A DNA stretch of 32,000 bases from Candidatus Iainarchaeum sp. (GTDB lineage Archaea; Iainarchaeota; Iainarchaeia; Iainarchaeales; GCA-2688035). A model generated the notes under the pieces. It did no database searches. It saw nothing but the letters and a program-made list of their open reading frames with translations, and had not been told where the DNA came from. This document shows, piece after piece, positions 1 to 8,441 of the stretch. Every line of letters begins with the position of its first letter. The first letter of the stretch is position 1. The stretch is taken from contig JAQTNI010000001.1 of assembly GCA_028713935.1 (NCBI GenBank), forward strand, positions 30,001-62,000, read 5' to 3'. The position numbers and the translations under genes were made by a program.

Positions 1-120
1 CAGATAAAAAGCATTTCAGAAGTTTTTTTGCCAAGATATGAGGCAATTATCAGGAAACAGGACAATTCAATAAGGGCAATTTCAGTTGACGCCTACTCAG
101 GAAAAGAAATTGCGGACTAA
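1..120 (+). CDS. C-terminal 39 codons of an unidentified CDS entering from the left edge
   Basis: Frame 1 is open from base 1 to TAA at 118-120 (...AISVDAYSGKEIAD*). Too short to assign a family. Confidence 0.3.
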   Translation, partial: QIKSISEVFLPRYEAIIRKQDNSIRAISVDAYSGKEIAD

Positions 121-130
121 AAAATTTTTT

Positions 131-1006
131 TTACCAAACTTTGTAATCCCAATATTTTCCTTTTTTTGGAGACCTGACAGTTGCAATGTTTTTTTTGTCC
201 AACAAGTCTATGCTGATTATTTTTGGTGCTTTTGCCATTAACGGCCTGCCCAACACAAGATTCACTGTTTCATGTGCCTGAAGAGTTGCCGTAATATATG
301 CCCTTTCAGGAGTTATTGCCCAGGTTTGCCTTTCTCCAGACAAATAAAATTTTCCCCACTCTTTATCGGCACCATGGGTTATTGCATATTTTACTCTTTT
401 GCCCCTTAATTTGTGGTGCAATTTGCCTAATTCTTCGCTTGGAATATCCAAATCAAGGCTTTTTGTAGGAAGATTGAACATTGTTTCATAATCAATGCCT
501 TTTGGCAGCACAGTTGAAACAAAAGCCCTGTAAGGCGGCCCTCCGGACATTGTAACCACAGGAATTCCTAATTTTCTTGCAACCCTGTGGATTATAACCC
601 TTGAATACATGTTGTCTATTCCCTGGACTATAACATTGATTCCTTTGAAAGCACTTTCTGCATTTTTTGTGTTTACCATTTCATTCATTACCTCTATTTT
701 TACAGTCTTTGCAGTTGCATCATTCAAAAACTCGAGCATATTTTTTGTTTTCGGCCTGCCTAATTTTGAATATACTGCAAAAGAATTTCTGTTGAGATTA
801 GAAAGCTCTAAGTTATCCTGGTCAATTATTCTGATTAGGCCAAAACCAATTCTTGCAAGAACTGCTGCAGCAAGTTCCCCAACGCATCCTTGTCCTGCAA
901 CACAAATTTTTGCTTTCCTGATTTTTTCCTGTTCTGTTTTTTTGTAGATTCCAAAGTTTCTGTCTCTAATGAGGTAATAAAGCTCTAATTTGTCTTGGCC
1001 AGACAA
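131..1006 (-). CDS. ThiF/MoeB/HesA-family E1-like adenylyltransferase
   Basis: 291-aa ORF. Rossmann motif ICVAGQGCVGELAA is followed by IRIIDQDNLELSNLNRN, typical of ThiF-type E1-like enzymes. No catalytic-Cys or CxxC tail seen. Confidence 0.8.
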   Translation of the reverse strand: MSGQDKLELYYLIRDRNFGIYKKTEQEKIRKAKICVAGQGCVGELAAAVLARIGFGLIRIIDQDNLELSNLNRNSFAVYSKLGRPKTKNMLEFLNDATAKTVKIEVMNEMVNTKNAESAFKGINVIVQGIDNMYSRVIIHRVARKLGIPVVTMSGGPPYRAFVSTVLPKGIDYETMFNLPTKSLDLDIPSEELGKLHHKLRGKRVKYAITHGADKEWGKFYLSGERQTWAITPERAYITATLQAHETVNLVLGRPLMAKAPKIISIDLLDKKNIATVRSPKKGKYWDYKVW

Positions 1007-1104
1007 ATTTTCTAATTGCTCACAAGAAAGATTACTGAAAGCGTTTTCTCTTTCTTTTAGCGTTTTCGGATTATTAAATGCCGGAATTTTCTCACCCTAT
1101 CAGG

Positions 1105-2808
1105 TTAGCAGCCCCTATTTTCGCAAATCGCTTTCAAAACTTTTTCAATTTTTTTTGGGTCATGCCTTAACAATTCCTGTTTTGAAGATTTTGTTTTTTT
1201 CTGCGCAGAAGCAATAAGGTCTGTGCCAATTAATTTTGCCTTTATTCCCTGCAGGCAAGGCAAATCGTTTTCCATGAAAAAAGACTGTTCCAAGGCATAC
1301 CTGCGCAGAGTTTCCTTGTTAGGCTTTTTTGTGTTATACACTATAAAATCAAGGCAATTTTTTCCCAGATACTTTTCTATTTCCCTAACCTGCCTTGAAA
1401 GGCAATAGCCATGGGTCTGGTTTACCTGTGTCATTACATTTGCAATGAAAACTTTTTTTGCCTTGCTTTTTTTTATGGCGGAAGCCATTCCTTTTACAAG
1501 CAAATTTGTTATCACGCTTGTAAACAGGCTTCCTGGCCCAATAATAATCAAATCAGCATCCAGAATTTCTTTTTTTGCTTCCGGAAGAATTGTTGCCTTG
1601 TTTGGCTTTAAAAAAACTTTTTTTATTGGGGCTCTTTTTGCAACCTGTTCCGGCTTTAAGTTTCTCTGGATAATGCTGTCTTCGCCGCAAAGCACTGTTC
1701 CATTTGCAAGCAGTGCATGGACATGCACATCCTGCAATGTTGAAGGCAAAACCTTGCCTCTTATTGCAAGAATCTGGGATGCCTGCTTTATTGCCTGTTC
1801 AAAAGAACCGGTTGTTTTTGCAAGCGCTGCAATGAACAAATTTCCAAAAGAATGGTCAGCCAGGACTCCTTTTTCAAACCTGTACCTGAACAAATCCTTC
1901 AAAAGTTTTTCCGAACTGCTTAGCGCAACAAGGCAATTTCTTATGTCCCCTGGAGGCAGGATATTCAAATCTTTTCTTAACACTCCTGAGCTTCTTCCAC
2001 AGTCAGTCACTGTCACAATTGCAGTTACATGCGGAGTGAATTCTTTTACTGCAGTCAAAACCATTGGAAGGCCTGTTCCGCCTCCAATTGCAACAATTTT
2101 TGGCTTGTGATTTTTTCCCTCTTCGACTTTTTTGATTATTGCGGGAATTTCTGACAATTTTTTTATTTTAAAATCAGGCTCTTCCATGAGGTTTTTTGGC
2201 AAAATTTTTTGGTATCTGCCGTGAAGAAACTGTATTGTTGTCATTCCAAGCTTGTTTCCAACCCTTATTTCGCTGTGAATCCTGTCCCCAATTGAAATTG
2301 CCTCTTCCGGCTTCAATGAAAATTGTTTTAGCACCTGTTCAAACAAGGCGTCTTTGGAGCCTTCTTTTTCAATGTCATGAATCAGGATTAAATCCATGTA
2401 TTTTTCAAGCCCAAGCAATTGTATTTTTTTCATCTGCCTGCTGTAAAGCCCGCTTGAAACAATTACAAGCCGTATTTTCTGGGCTTTGAGCTTTTCAAAC
2501 AAGGGCACTGCTTCCCTGAAAAGCGAAATTTGTTCCACTTCATCGGAATTGTATGCATGCAAAGCAGAATTCACACAGTCCTGCTGGCTCTGCAATGAAA
2601 ATGCATTGCACACATTTCCAAAAACATCTGCTTTCGGCCCCAACCTGCCTTCTGTTTCAACTATTTGCCCGTAAATTTCCTCTTTGGGTTTTTCAATGAA
2701 TTTTGCCATTGCGGCTGCAGCCCTCTGCCTTGCAGCCTCAACCAGCTGGCCAGTGCAGTCAAAAAGAGTATCATCCAAATCAAAAATAATTGCCTTTATC
2801 TTTGCCAA
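1105..2808 (-). CDS. Fusion protein: N-terminal HAD-superfamily phosphatase plus C-terminal YvcK/CofD-like (UPF0052) domain
   Basis: 567-aa ORF. HAD motif I is IIFDLDDTLFD and motif IV is GDRIHSEI. The C-terminal half has IVAIGGGTGLPMVL and VTDCGRSSGVLR, resembling the YvcK GGGTGL and DDGGSSG motifs. Confidence 0.8.
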   Translation of the reverse strand: MAKIKAIIFDLDDTLFDCTGQLVEAARQRAAAAMAKFIEKPKEEIYGQIVETEGRLGPKADVFGNVCNAFSLQSQQDCVNSALHAYNSDEVEQISLFREAVPLFEKLKAQKIRLVIVSSGLYSRQMKKIQLLGLEKYMDLILIHDIEKEGSKDALFEQVLKQFSLKPEEAISIGDRIHSEIRVGNKLGMTTIQFLHGRYQKILPKNLMEEPDFKIKKLSEIPAIIKKVEEGKNHKPKIVAIGGGTGLPMVLTAVKEFTPHVTAIVTVTDCGRSSGVLRKDLNILPPGDIRNCLVALSSSEKLLKDLFRYRFEKGVLADHSFGNLFIAALAKTTGSFEQAIKQASQILAIRGKVLPSTLQDVHVHALLANGTVLCGEDSIIQRNLKPEQVAKRAPIKKVFLKPNKATILPEAKKEILDADLIIIGPGSLFTSVITNLLVKGMASAIKKSKAKKVFIANVMTQVNQTHGYCLSRQVREIEKYLGKNCLDFIVYNTKKPNKETLRRYALEQSFFMENDLPCLQGIKAKLIGTDLIASAQKKTKSSKQELLRHDPKKIEKVLKAICENRGC

Positions 2809-2894
2809 TGCTGTTCACCAATAGAAATTTTCACTTTGAAACAATTGAATAGGGTATTTATTAAACGGTTTTTGGTTCAAAGCTGAAATTGCAG

Positions 2895-3917
2895 TTATTG
2901 CTTTTTTTTATAAATTTTCCAGGCTTCAGGAAGCCAGTGAGTTGTTTTTTTTGTTTTTATAATCCTGTCAGCTTCTTCCAAAGAAAAAAATTTGCCGCTT
3001 GTTGCCTCGCTTTTGTCCAAAACAATTTTTCCATCATGAAAAATTTTAAAAACAGCAACAACCAAGTGTTCGGGATTTTTGTCCATGACAAATTTTCCCA
3101 AGTATTTTGGCTTGCCTTTGATTTTTGTTTCTTCAAACAGCTCTGCTTTTGCGGCTTCCGCATAAGTCTGCCCGTATTTAACGTGAAAACTGCATGCACA
3201 GTCAACACAACCCGGAAAAATCTTTTTTTCAGGGCTTCTTTTAGTGAGAAACACTTCTTTTTTGGAATTGAGAACAAAAACAACTCCTGCCCTGTGAAGC
3301 AAGCCTTTTTGATGCGCTTCCTCACGGGGGATTTTTCCCAGAACCTTATCCTTTTTGTCCACAAAATATGAATATTCAATTGGATTTTGTTTTTCTAAAA
3401 GTTTTTTGTAAATTCTTTTTGCTTTTTCAGCTGCTTCGGGAAGCATGAATTTTGATTTTAAATCCAGTTCCAGTTTTGCAAGAGCATTTTCCCTGCCAAC
3501 CAGTTTGCATATGAATTCAAAGCCAGTAAAATGAGCCAGTTTGTCCGCAGAAGCAACTATTTTTGCTTCAATTGTTTTCGGCTCCGGCGGCTTGCTTGTC
3601 CTGTGCGCTTCAATGCAATGCAAAACCCTTGCAATTTTGCCTTTTGTAAAACCTATTGACGGCAAAAATTCTTCTGCAATTTTTTTTCCAACAAGGTGAT
3701 GGTCTTCATTTGCTTTTTTTGCTTTTTCAGCTCCTTTCCAATCTGCCTTCTGGCCAACATCATGCAGCCAAGCAGCAGCTTCAACAATCTGCCTGTCGGC
3801 TTTTGGATAAAAACTGCAGAGCCATTTTGCTTCTTTCACAACAAGCATTGTATGCCCGTCAACAGCACTCTCTTCCAGCTTTGACCTTGCAAAAGATTCG
3901 ATTTTATCTTTCAACAT
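2895..3917 (-). CDS. Fusion protein: N-terminal HD-domain phosphohydrolase plus C-terminal Nudix hydrolase
   Basis: 340-aa ORF. HD signature is H...AAWLHDVGQ. The C-terminal Nudix box is GCVDCACSFHVKYGQTYAEAAKAELFEETKI (Gx5Ex7REx2EExG-like). Confidence 0.8.
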   Translation of the reverse strand: MLKDKIESFARSKLEESAVDGHTMLVVKEAKWLCSFYPKADRQIVEAAAWLHDVGQKADWKGAEKAKKANEDHHLVGKKIAEEFLPSIGFTKGKIARVLHCIEAHRTSKPPEPKTIEAKIVASADKLAHFTGFEFICKLVGRENALAKLELDLKSKFMLPEAAEKAKRIYKKLLEKQNPIEYSYFVDKKDKVLGKIPREEAHQKGLLHRAGVVFVLNSKKEVFLTKRSPEKKIFPGCVDCACSFHVKYGQTYAEAAKAELFEETKIKGKPKYLGKFVMDKNPEHLVVAVFKIFHDGKIVLDKSEATSGKFFSLEEADRIIKTKKTTHWLPEAWKIYKKKQ

Positions 3918-3938
3918 ACAATCAATTCTTTTCTTATT

Positions 3939-4973
3939 TTATTCCATGCTTTGCAAAAGCCCCACTCTTCCCAGTTCCAAAAAATATTCGTTTTCAGGGT
4001 TATTGATTCCTTTTTTGCATTTTGTGTAGGTCGCAAGAATAACATAGATTGCGTGCCCGAGTTTTATGTAAGTTGGCAATGCTTCAAGTTCTTTCTGTGT
4101 TAGCGGAATAATTTTTTGGTATTCTTCCAAAACGATTTCAATGTTTTTTTCAGTTTTGCTTTTGCTTTCCTGCTCAAAAAGCACAGTGCAAGCCATTACC
4201 GCAAGCTCCTGTATTCTTGGATAATAATTTGCACATGCAAAATCAATAAGCCACAATTTTCCGTTTTTATCCTTCATTATGTTTGTTTTTGTCAAATCGC
4301 CATGAACAAAACAATGGGGCAATTTGTTTATTTCAAGTGCTTTTAAATCTTTCACCAATGGAAGAATTTTTTTCAGGTCTTCAGAATCCAGAAATTTTTT
4401 TGCTATTCGGAATTCCTTCAAAAAACTTGTTATTGCCCAATGGTCATAAACAAACTTTGGCTTTATTTTCATGCTGTTTATTATTGCGGCCTGCTTTGCC
4501 AAAAACCTTATTTCCAAATCGGCCAGTTTTTCTTTTGATTCAAACAAAGTTTTGCCTTCAATAAAATCCATTGCAACAAGCCGCAATTTTTTTCCCCTGA
4601 CATTTAAAATCTGCAAATGCCTGTTTTTTGCCTCCAATAATTTTGGAGTGACCACATTGCTTTCCAAGGCCTTTTCCATGATTTTGACATATCTCTTGCA
4701 TTCTTGGAGCGTTCTAAAATCAGCAAAGACTTTGACAAAAAAATTCCCTTTTTTTGTTTGCAGGGCAAAATTAAAATCTTCATAGCCAATTGCAACAAGC
4801 CTGTTTGAAACAAAAGCGCCAAGCCCAAAGCATTTGCAAACAGCTTCAGAAATATCTTCCAATCTGCCTTTGAAGCCAATCCTTTTTTTGAATAAATCCC
4901 CCTCAGCCAAGCCAATCACTTTTTTTATTAGCAATCTGTTTACCAAAGATTCAAGTTCTTTTTCTTTGGGCAA
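3939..4973 (-). CDS. Aminoglycoside/choline-kinase-like (APH family) small-molecule kinase
   Basis: 344-aa ORF. Catalytic loop CFVHGDLTKTNIM followed by LIDFACANY (HxDxxxxN ... D). The TTG start at 4973 lies inside the tRNA-Gly trailer repeat, so the true start is uncertain. Confidence 0.75.
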   Translation of the reverse strand: MPKEKELESLVNRLLIKKVIGLAEGDLFKKRIGFKGRLEDISEAVCKCFGLGAFVSNRLVAIGYEDFNFALQTKKGNFFVKVFADFRTLQECKRYVKIMEKALESNVVTPKLLEAKNRHLQILNVRGKKLRLVAMDFIEGKTLFESKEKLADLEIRFLAKQAAIINSMKIKPKFVYDHWAITSFLKEFRIAKKFLDSEDLKKILPLVKDLKALEINKLPHCFVHGDLTKTNIMKDKNGKLWLIDFACANYYPRIQELAVMACTVLFEQESKSKTEKNIEIVLEEYQKIIPLTQKELEALPTYIKLGHAIYVILATYTKCKKGINNPENEYFLELGRVGLLQSME

Positions 4974-5015
4974 CTTACACTTTCTTTTTCTTTCAAAGAA
5001 AAAGGAAGGGCAGTG
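4953..5015 (-). repeat. Copy A of a ~60-nt direct repeat: tRNA-Gly 3' trailer, ending on the last 2 nt of the tRNA
   Basis: Plus strand aagttctttttctttgggcaacttacactttctttttctttcaaagaaaaaggaagggcagtg aligns with 5082-5140, with only a few indels and mismatches. As RNA it contains a CTTTTTCT/AGAAAAAG hairpin. Confidence 0.8.
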
Positions 5016-5174
5016 CGTCCGCCGGGATTCGAACCCGGGTTACGAGCTCTTTCCTGCTTCAATTTTGTTTATTATTTGTTGAAGTTCTTTCTTTTGGGCA
5101 ACTTACACTTTTCTTTCTTTCAAGAAAGAAAAGGGCAGTGGGAAGCTCGAATCCTACCGCTAGATTACAGACGC
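5014..5174 (-). tRNA. tRNA-Gly(CCC) with a ~90-nt intron at the canonical 37/38 position (exons ~5139-5174 and ~5014-5048)
   Basis: Hand fold. Acceptor GCGTCTG/CGGACGC. D arm ATCT-AGCGGTA-GGAT. Anticodon stem CGAGC/GCTCG with loop TT-CCC-AA. T arm CCGGG-TTCGAAT-CCCGG. Discriminator A. CCA is not encoded. Confidence 0.8.
5082..5140 (-). repeat. Copy B of the ~60-nt direct repeat: first ~57 nt of the tRNA-Gly intron plus the last 2 nt of exon 1
   Basis: Plus strand aagttctttcttttgggcaacttacacttttctttctttcaagaaagaaaagggcagtg. As RNA it contains a CTTTTCTTTC/GAAAGAAAAG hairpin. Confidence 0.8.
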
Positions 5175-6014
5175 GTTTTCTTTTTTTTCTGTTGTGCCTG
5201 TTTCTGTTTGCTGTAATTGTGCTGATGGCGCTATTAAGTATGCCTGTTGGTTTTCTATTTTTATTTGCATTCCTGGCAGGTAGATTTTTACTAGGTTTTT
5301 TTCTGTGGGAGGAAATTTTTCCGCCAGTGCGAGCAATTGCAGTGTTTGTTTTTTTTCTATTACAAGGTTGTTTTGCTCTGTTTTTGCCTGCAGAGATTCT
5401 TTTATTTGGTTTGCAAAGTTTGGGTTTGTGCATTCAATGCGGATTTGTTGCAGTTCTTGTTTTTCAATTATTGCAAAAATTGTGGGAATTGTTTCCTGTG
5501 AAAGAGAAATTTTTTTGAAGTCATTAAAATTCAGTTCTTTTAGTGCTGTTATCTGGTGCAAGAGCACGTCTGAAAGGTATTTTAGTTGTTGTGCCCGTTT
5601 GTCTGTTTTTTCCTTTAGTTCAAGCAAATCGGAAATGTAAAAATTGCTGCTTGTTTTTGCTGCTTTCAGCAAATCGTTGTCTGCTTTGCTTCTTTCAATG
5701 AGGGTTTGCAGCATTTTTACTATTGTTTCAACCTCTTCAACAGGGTTTTTTGATGCCATGCTTTCATTTAGCCTTGTCAATAGCTTGTTTTTCATTTCAG
5801 AATTGATTTCAACAAGGCCCTTGTCTGTTACAAAAATCTTGTTTGCCTGCCTCTGCACAACGCCAATTGCAGCCAAATCTTTCAAAGTCCTACTTAAAGC
5901 AGCGCGAGCAGAATTAATGCTGCCATATTCAGAAGTGATTCTGTTAAGCAGCTCGTTGTAATCAATTCCGGGATTCTGCTTAAGAATTAACAAAAAATTG
6001 TTTCTCTGGGTCAC
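5160..6014 (-). CDS. Winged-helix-like DNA-binding protein with a long C-terminal coiled coil (hypothetical regulator)
   Basis: 284-aa ORF. The N-terminus (GIDYNELLNRITSEYGSINSARAALSRTLKDLAAIGVVQR) looks like a wHTH, and the rest is heptad-rich. The last ~14 nt overlap the tRNA-Gly 5' end. Confidence 0.55.
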   Translation of the reverse strand: MTQRNNFLLILKQNPGIDYNELLNRITSEYGSINSARAALSRTLKDLAAIGVVQRQANKIFVTDKGLVEINSEMKNKLLTRLNESMASKNPVEEVETIVKMLQTLIERSKADNDLLKAAKTSSNFYISDLLELKEKTDKRAQQLKYLSDVLLHQITALKELNFNDFKKISLSQETIPTIFAIIEKQELQQIRIECTNPNFANQIKESLQAKTEQNNLVIEKKQTLQLLALAEKFPPTEKNLVKIYLPGMQIKIENQQAYLIAPSAQLQQTETGTTEKKENASVI

Positions 6015-6064
6015 GTTAAAAACAATTAGTCGAATCCTTTAAAATCGTTTCTAATTTTTGTTTT

Positions 6065-6147
6065 TTGTTAATTTTTTCCACAATCTTGTTAATGGTTTTT
6101 TTAATTTGTTAATTAATTTGTTTTTTCAGGCTTTAATTTGTTAATTA
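6065..6147. promoter_or_regulatory. Array of TTGTTAAT boxes upstream of the wHTH gene
   Basis: TTGTTAAT occurs at 6065, 6086, 6106 and 6138. The 15-mer TTAATTTGTTAATTA is exact at 6101-6115 and 6133-6147. The first three boxes are spaced ~20-21 bp apart. The array lies 50-130 nt upstream of the start at 6014. Confidence 0.4.
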
Positions 6148-6211
6148 GCATGTTGCATTTTCAAGAAAAAGTGTTATTATTCGCTTTGAAACTAACAAAC
6201 AGGTTTGCATT

Positions 6212-6505
6212 TTATGCTGCAGTTGTGCCTTTTCCGACTTCTATTTTTTTCATTCTTTTTGGGATTACAAAATAGTGTTTTGCAGAGCAGACACTGCATT
6301 CTGCAATGAAACAGGGTTTTTTGTTTTGTTTTTTTACTGTTGCAGTAAACTGGTGTTTTCCCTTGTAACCGCGTTTTTTTCTTTCATTGGACCTGTTTCC
6401 TTTTGCCATTGTCCTTGGCGAACCTGCCCTGAACAATTTGAGCTTATGGTCTGTATGGGTATTGCATTTTTTGCAATAATCCTTGATTACCTTTGGCATA
6501 TTCAT
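6212..6505 (-). CDS. rpl44e: Ribosomal protein eL42 (L44e)
   Basis: 97-aa ORF. N-terminus MPKVIKDYCKKCNTHTDH and second zinc knuckle CSVCSAKH, with a basic core KGNRSNERKKRGYKGK. Classic archaeal/eukaryotic L44e layout. Confidence 0.9.
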   Translation of the reverse strand: MNMPKVIKDYCKKCNTHTDHKLKLFRAGSPRTMAKGNRSNERKKRGYKGKHQFTATVKKQNKKPCFIAECSVCSAKHYFVIPKRMKKIEVGKGTTAA

Positions 6506-6644
6506 AAAGCATCACAAAAAATCGGATTTATTCTACAAATTACTAAAAATTATAGGCATGGAAAGCTTTTAAAAGCACTCTGAAAACACAAAAACACACT
6601 ATTTCCAAGTAACTCTTTAATTCTGATTTGTCTTTTATTATGCC

Positions 6645-7103
6645 ATGGTTCGGAATGTTAAAAAATGGGTAAATTATGTTGATAAGTCCCTTGCAAGGCA
6701 GCCTAAGCGTGCACTGAGAAGGCAGAGGCAAATAGAAAGGCAAGTTTTTGCCCAAGAAATTTCTCCAAAGGACTTGAAAAAGGCGCGTGCAGAGTTATCT
6801 GCTTCTGTTGCAGAGCAAAGAGTCCTGAGAAAGGATCACAAGCTTTTTAACAAAATAGTTATTGACACAGCAATAAAAGAGCTTGGTTTTAATCAGACTT
6901 TGTCTTCTTCTGCATTAAGAAACCTGCATTTGCTTTCAAACAGGGCCTTGATGATTCCCCTGGGTTCAACAATAGAAATCCGACCTGAAGTTTTTGGCCA
7001 AACATTAACTCAAATAATCAGGTTAATTGGCGACAAACCCCTTGCAATAAAATTTTTGTCTACTCTGATTCACTTGCGCGAAGCTTACAATAAAAATCTT
7101 TAA
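6645..7103 (+). CDS. Hypothetical protein with a basic N-terminus
   Basis: 152-aa ORF with no overlapping better ORF. No family recognised. Confidence 0.45.
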   Translation: MVRNVKKWVNYVDKSLARQPKRALRRQRQIERQVFAQEISPKDLKKARAELSASVAEQRVLRKDHKLFNKIVIDTAIKELGFNQTLSSSALRNLHLLSNRALMIPLGSTIEIRPEVFGQTLTQIIRLIGDKPLAIKFLSTLIHLREAYNKNL

Positions 7104-7134
7104 TGCAAAAGCAATTGAGAAAACCATTTGCAAT

Positions 7135-7551
7135 TCAGTTTTGCCCTATTCCACAAAGTTTTTTCCATTGCTCTTCCACTGTCCTTTCGTTCACATATGG
7201 CTTGTGGTGCCTGAATCCGCCTCCAAATCCTGCTGGGATGTGCAGTAATTCGTGAATCAGGGTTTTTGTTTTGTCATCCTCGCTTAGCCTGTCAAATTTT
7301 TCCGAAAGCAGTTCAATCACATAAAAAGGCTCTGTTTTCATTCCAAGCTGCATTGCTTTTCCTAACCCATGTATGCGTGCAATTGTCCTTCTTGTTTTTG
7401 TCCCTGCACTTTTAAGACAGGCAATTCTTTCAGGCGCAATATGGTGAAAACCGAGCTTTTCAACAAGTTCCCTTGCCTTCAAAGTCCATTCTTCTGAAAA
7501 AGCGTATTTCACAAAAAAAACCTTATAACATTTCAGAAATTTTTTTTCCAA
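7135..7551 (-). CDS. Putative small zinc metallopeptidase (HExxH)
   Basis: 138-aa ORF with LIHELLHIPAGFGGGFRHH. Resembles small archaeal predicted metallopeptidases. The start may be internal because it overlaps the DJ-1 gene end. Confidence 0.6.
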   Translation of the reverse strand: MEKKFLKCYKVFFVKYAFSEEWTLKARELVEKLGFHHIAPERIACLKSAGTKTRRTIARIHGLGKAMQLGMKTEPFYVIELLSEKFDRLSEDDKTKTLIHELLHIPAGFGGGFRHHKPYVNERTVEEQWKKLCGIGQN

Positions 7552-8023
7552 ATTCCCTTGCTGCCTGCGGGCCTTTTCCTGTAATTATTTTGCCATCGGT
7601 TTCAACAAGCGCTTCAGTTAATTTTGCGCCTTTTGCCTCAATTTTCTCTGCAAGCCCTGTGCAGGTCGCTTTTTTTCCTTTCAAGAGGCCTGCATTTGCA
7701 AGAATCATTGGTGCAATGCAGATTGCTGCAACAATTTTTCCTTCTTTTGAAAATTCTTTTGCCAATTTCAATGCAGCCGCATCTTTGAAATAAGTTTCTG
7801 AGCCTGAGCCTCCGACAAAAATAATTGCATCAAAATCGCCTGTTTTCACCTGCTTTAATTCCAATGAAATTTCCGCTTTTCCCCCAAGCATTCCAATTGC
7901 AGTGCCTTTTTGCTTTCCTGCAATAACTGTTTCATGCCCTGCCTTTTCCAGCTCTTCTTTTGTAAAAAACAATTCTTCATCACGGAAATTTTTTTGTGCA
8001 ATTACCAAAACAATCTTTGCCAT
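7523..8023 (-). CDS. DJ-1/PfpI family protein
   Basis: The ORF track starts at 8167, but the domain begins at MAKIVLVIAQ (ATG 8023). Nucleophile elbow AAICIAP. Has a GGSG stretch and a C-terminal ITGKGP. Confidence 0.85.
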   Translation of the reverse strand: MAKIVLVIAQKNFRDEELFFTKEELEKAGHETVIAGKQKGTAIGMLGGKAEISLELKQVKTGDFDAIIFVGGSGSETYFKDAAALKLAKEFSKEGKIVAAICIAPMILANAGLLKGKKATCTGLAEKIEAKGAKLTEALVETDGKIITGKGPQAAREFGKKISEML

Positions 8024-8089
8024 AAGCAGTGCCTTTATCCAATTATTTGCAGGGAAAGGTTTTTTATTCTGAAAGGGCATAATGTTTGC

Positions 8090-8437
8090 ATGAAAACAGG
8101 GCTTTTGCTGATTTGCTTTGTTGTTTTTGCTGTTTTGTTCAGCGGCTGCACACAGCAGCCCGCACAAGCCCCTCTAGGCGGAAACAATTCCAATACAATT
8201 GAAATTTCAAATTTTTCTTTTTCTCCAAGCGAAATTACAATTAAAAAAGGAGAAACTGTTGCCTGGATAAACAAGGATTCAGCAAAGCACAGCATTGTTT
8301 CAGACTCAGGAAGCGAATTGAATTCAACGCTTTTGGCAACCAACGAAACTTTTTCACACACATTTAATTCTTCGGGAACATTCGGTTATCATTGCACTGT
8401 GCACGCTTCAATGAAAGGAAAAGTAATCGTAGAGTGA
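8090..8437 (+). CDS. Secreted or lipid-anchored type-1 copper protein (cupredoxin, plastocyanin/amicyanin-like)
   Basis: Start taken at MKTGLLL (8090). Signal peptide with LFSGC lipobox-like site. Copper ligands H (AKHS) and YHCTVHASM (C-x2-H-x2-M). Confidence 0.85.
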   Translation: MKTGLLLICFVVFAVLFSGCTQQPAQAPLGGNNSNTIEISNFSFSPSEITIKKGETVAWINKDSAKHSIVSDSGSELNSTLLATNETFSHTFNSSGTFGYHCTVHASMKGKVIVE

Positions 8438-8441
8438 TTGC

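Noticed and set aside
131-1006. A complete archaeal ubiquitin-like conjugation system around the ThiF-like E1
   Set aside because: No small beta-grasp ORF ending in GG is visible nearby, and neither is an E2-like, RING or JAMM protease gene. The E1-like protein lacks an obvious catalytic Cys region.
1445-2110. Long plus-strand ORFs (221 aa here; also 609-947, 2889-3371, 4471-4785, 5138-5518) opposite the minus-strand genes
   Set aside because: They lie antisense to ORFs with clear domain motifs. Their translations are low-complexity (F/L/S/C-rich) with no motifs, so they are typical shadow ORFs in AT-rich DNA.
4953-5140. CRISPR array or CRISPR-like repeats formed by the hairpin repeats
   Set aside because: There are only two copies near tRNA-Gly and three Ser-type modules. 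They are imperfect, lack regular repeat-spacer periodicity, and have no cas genes nearby.
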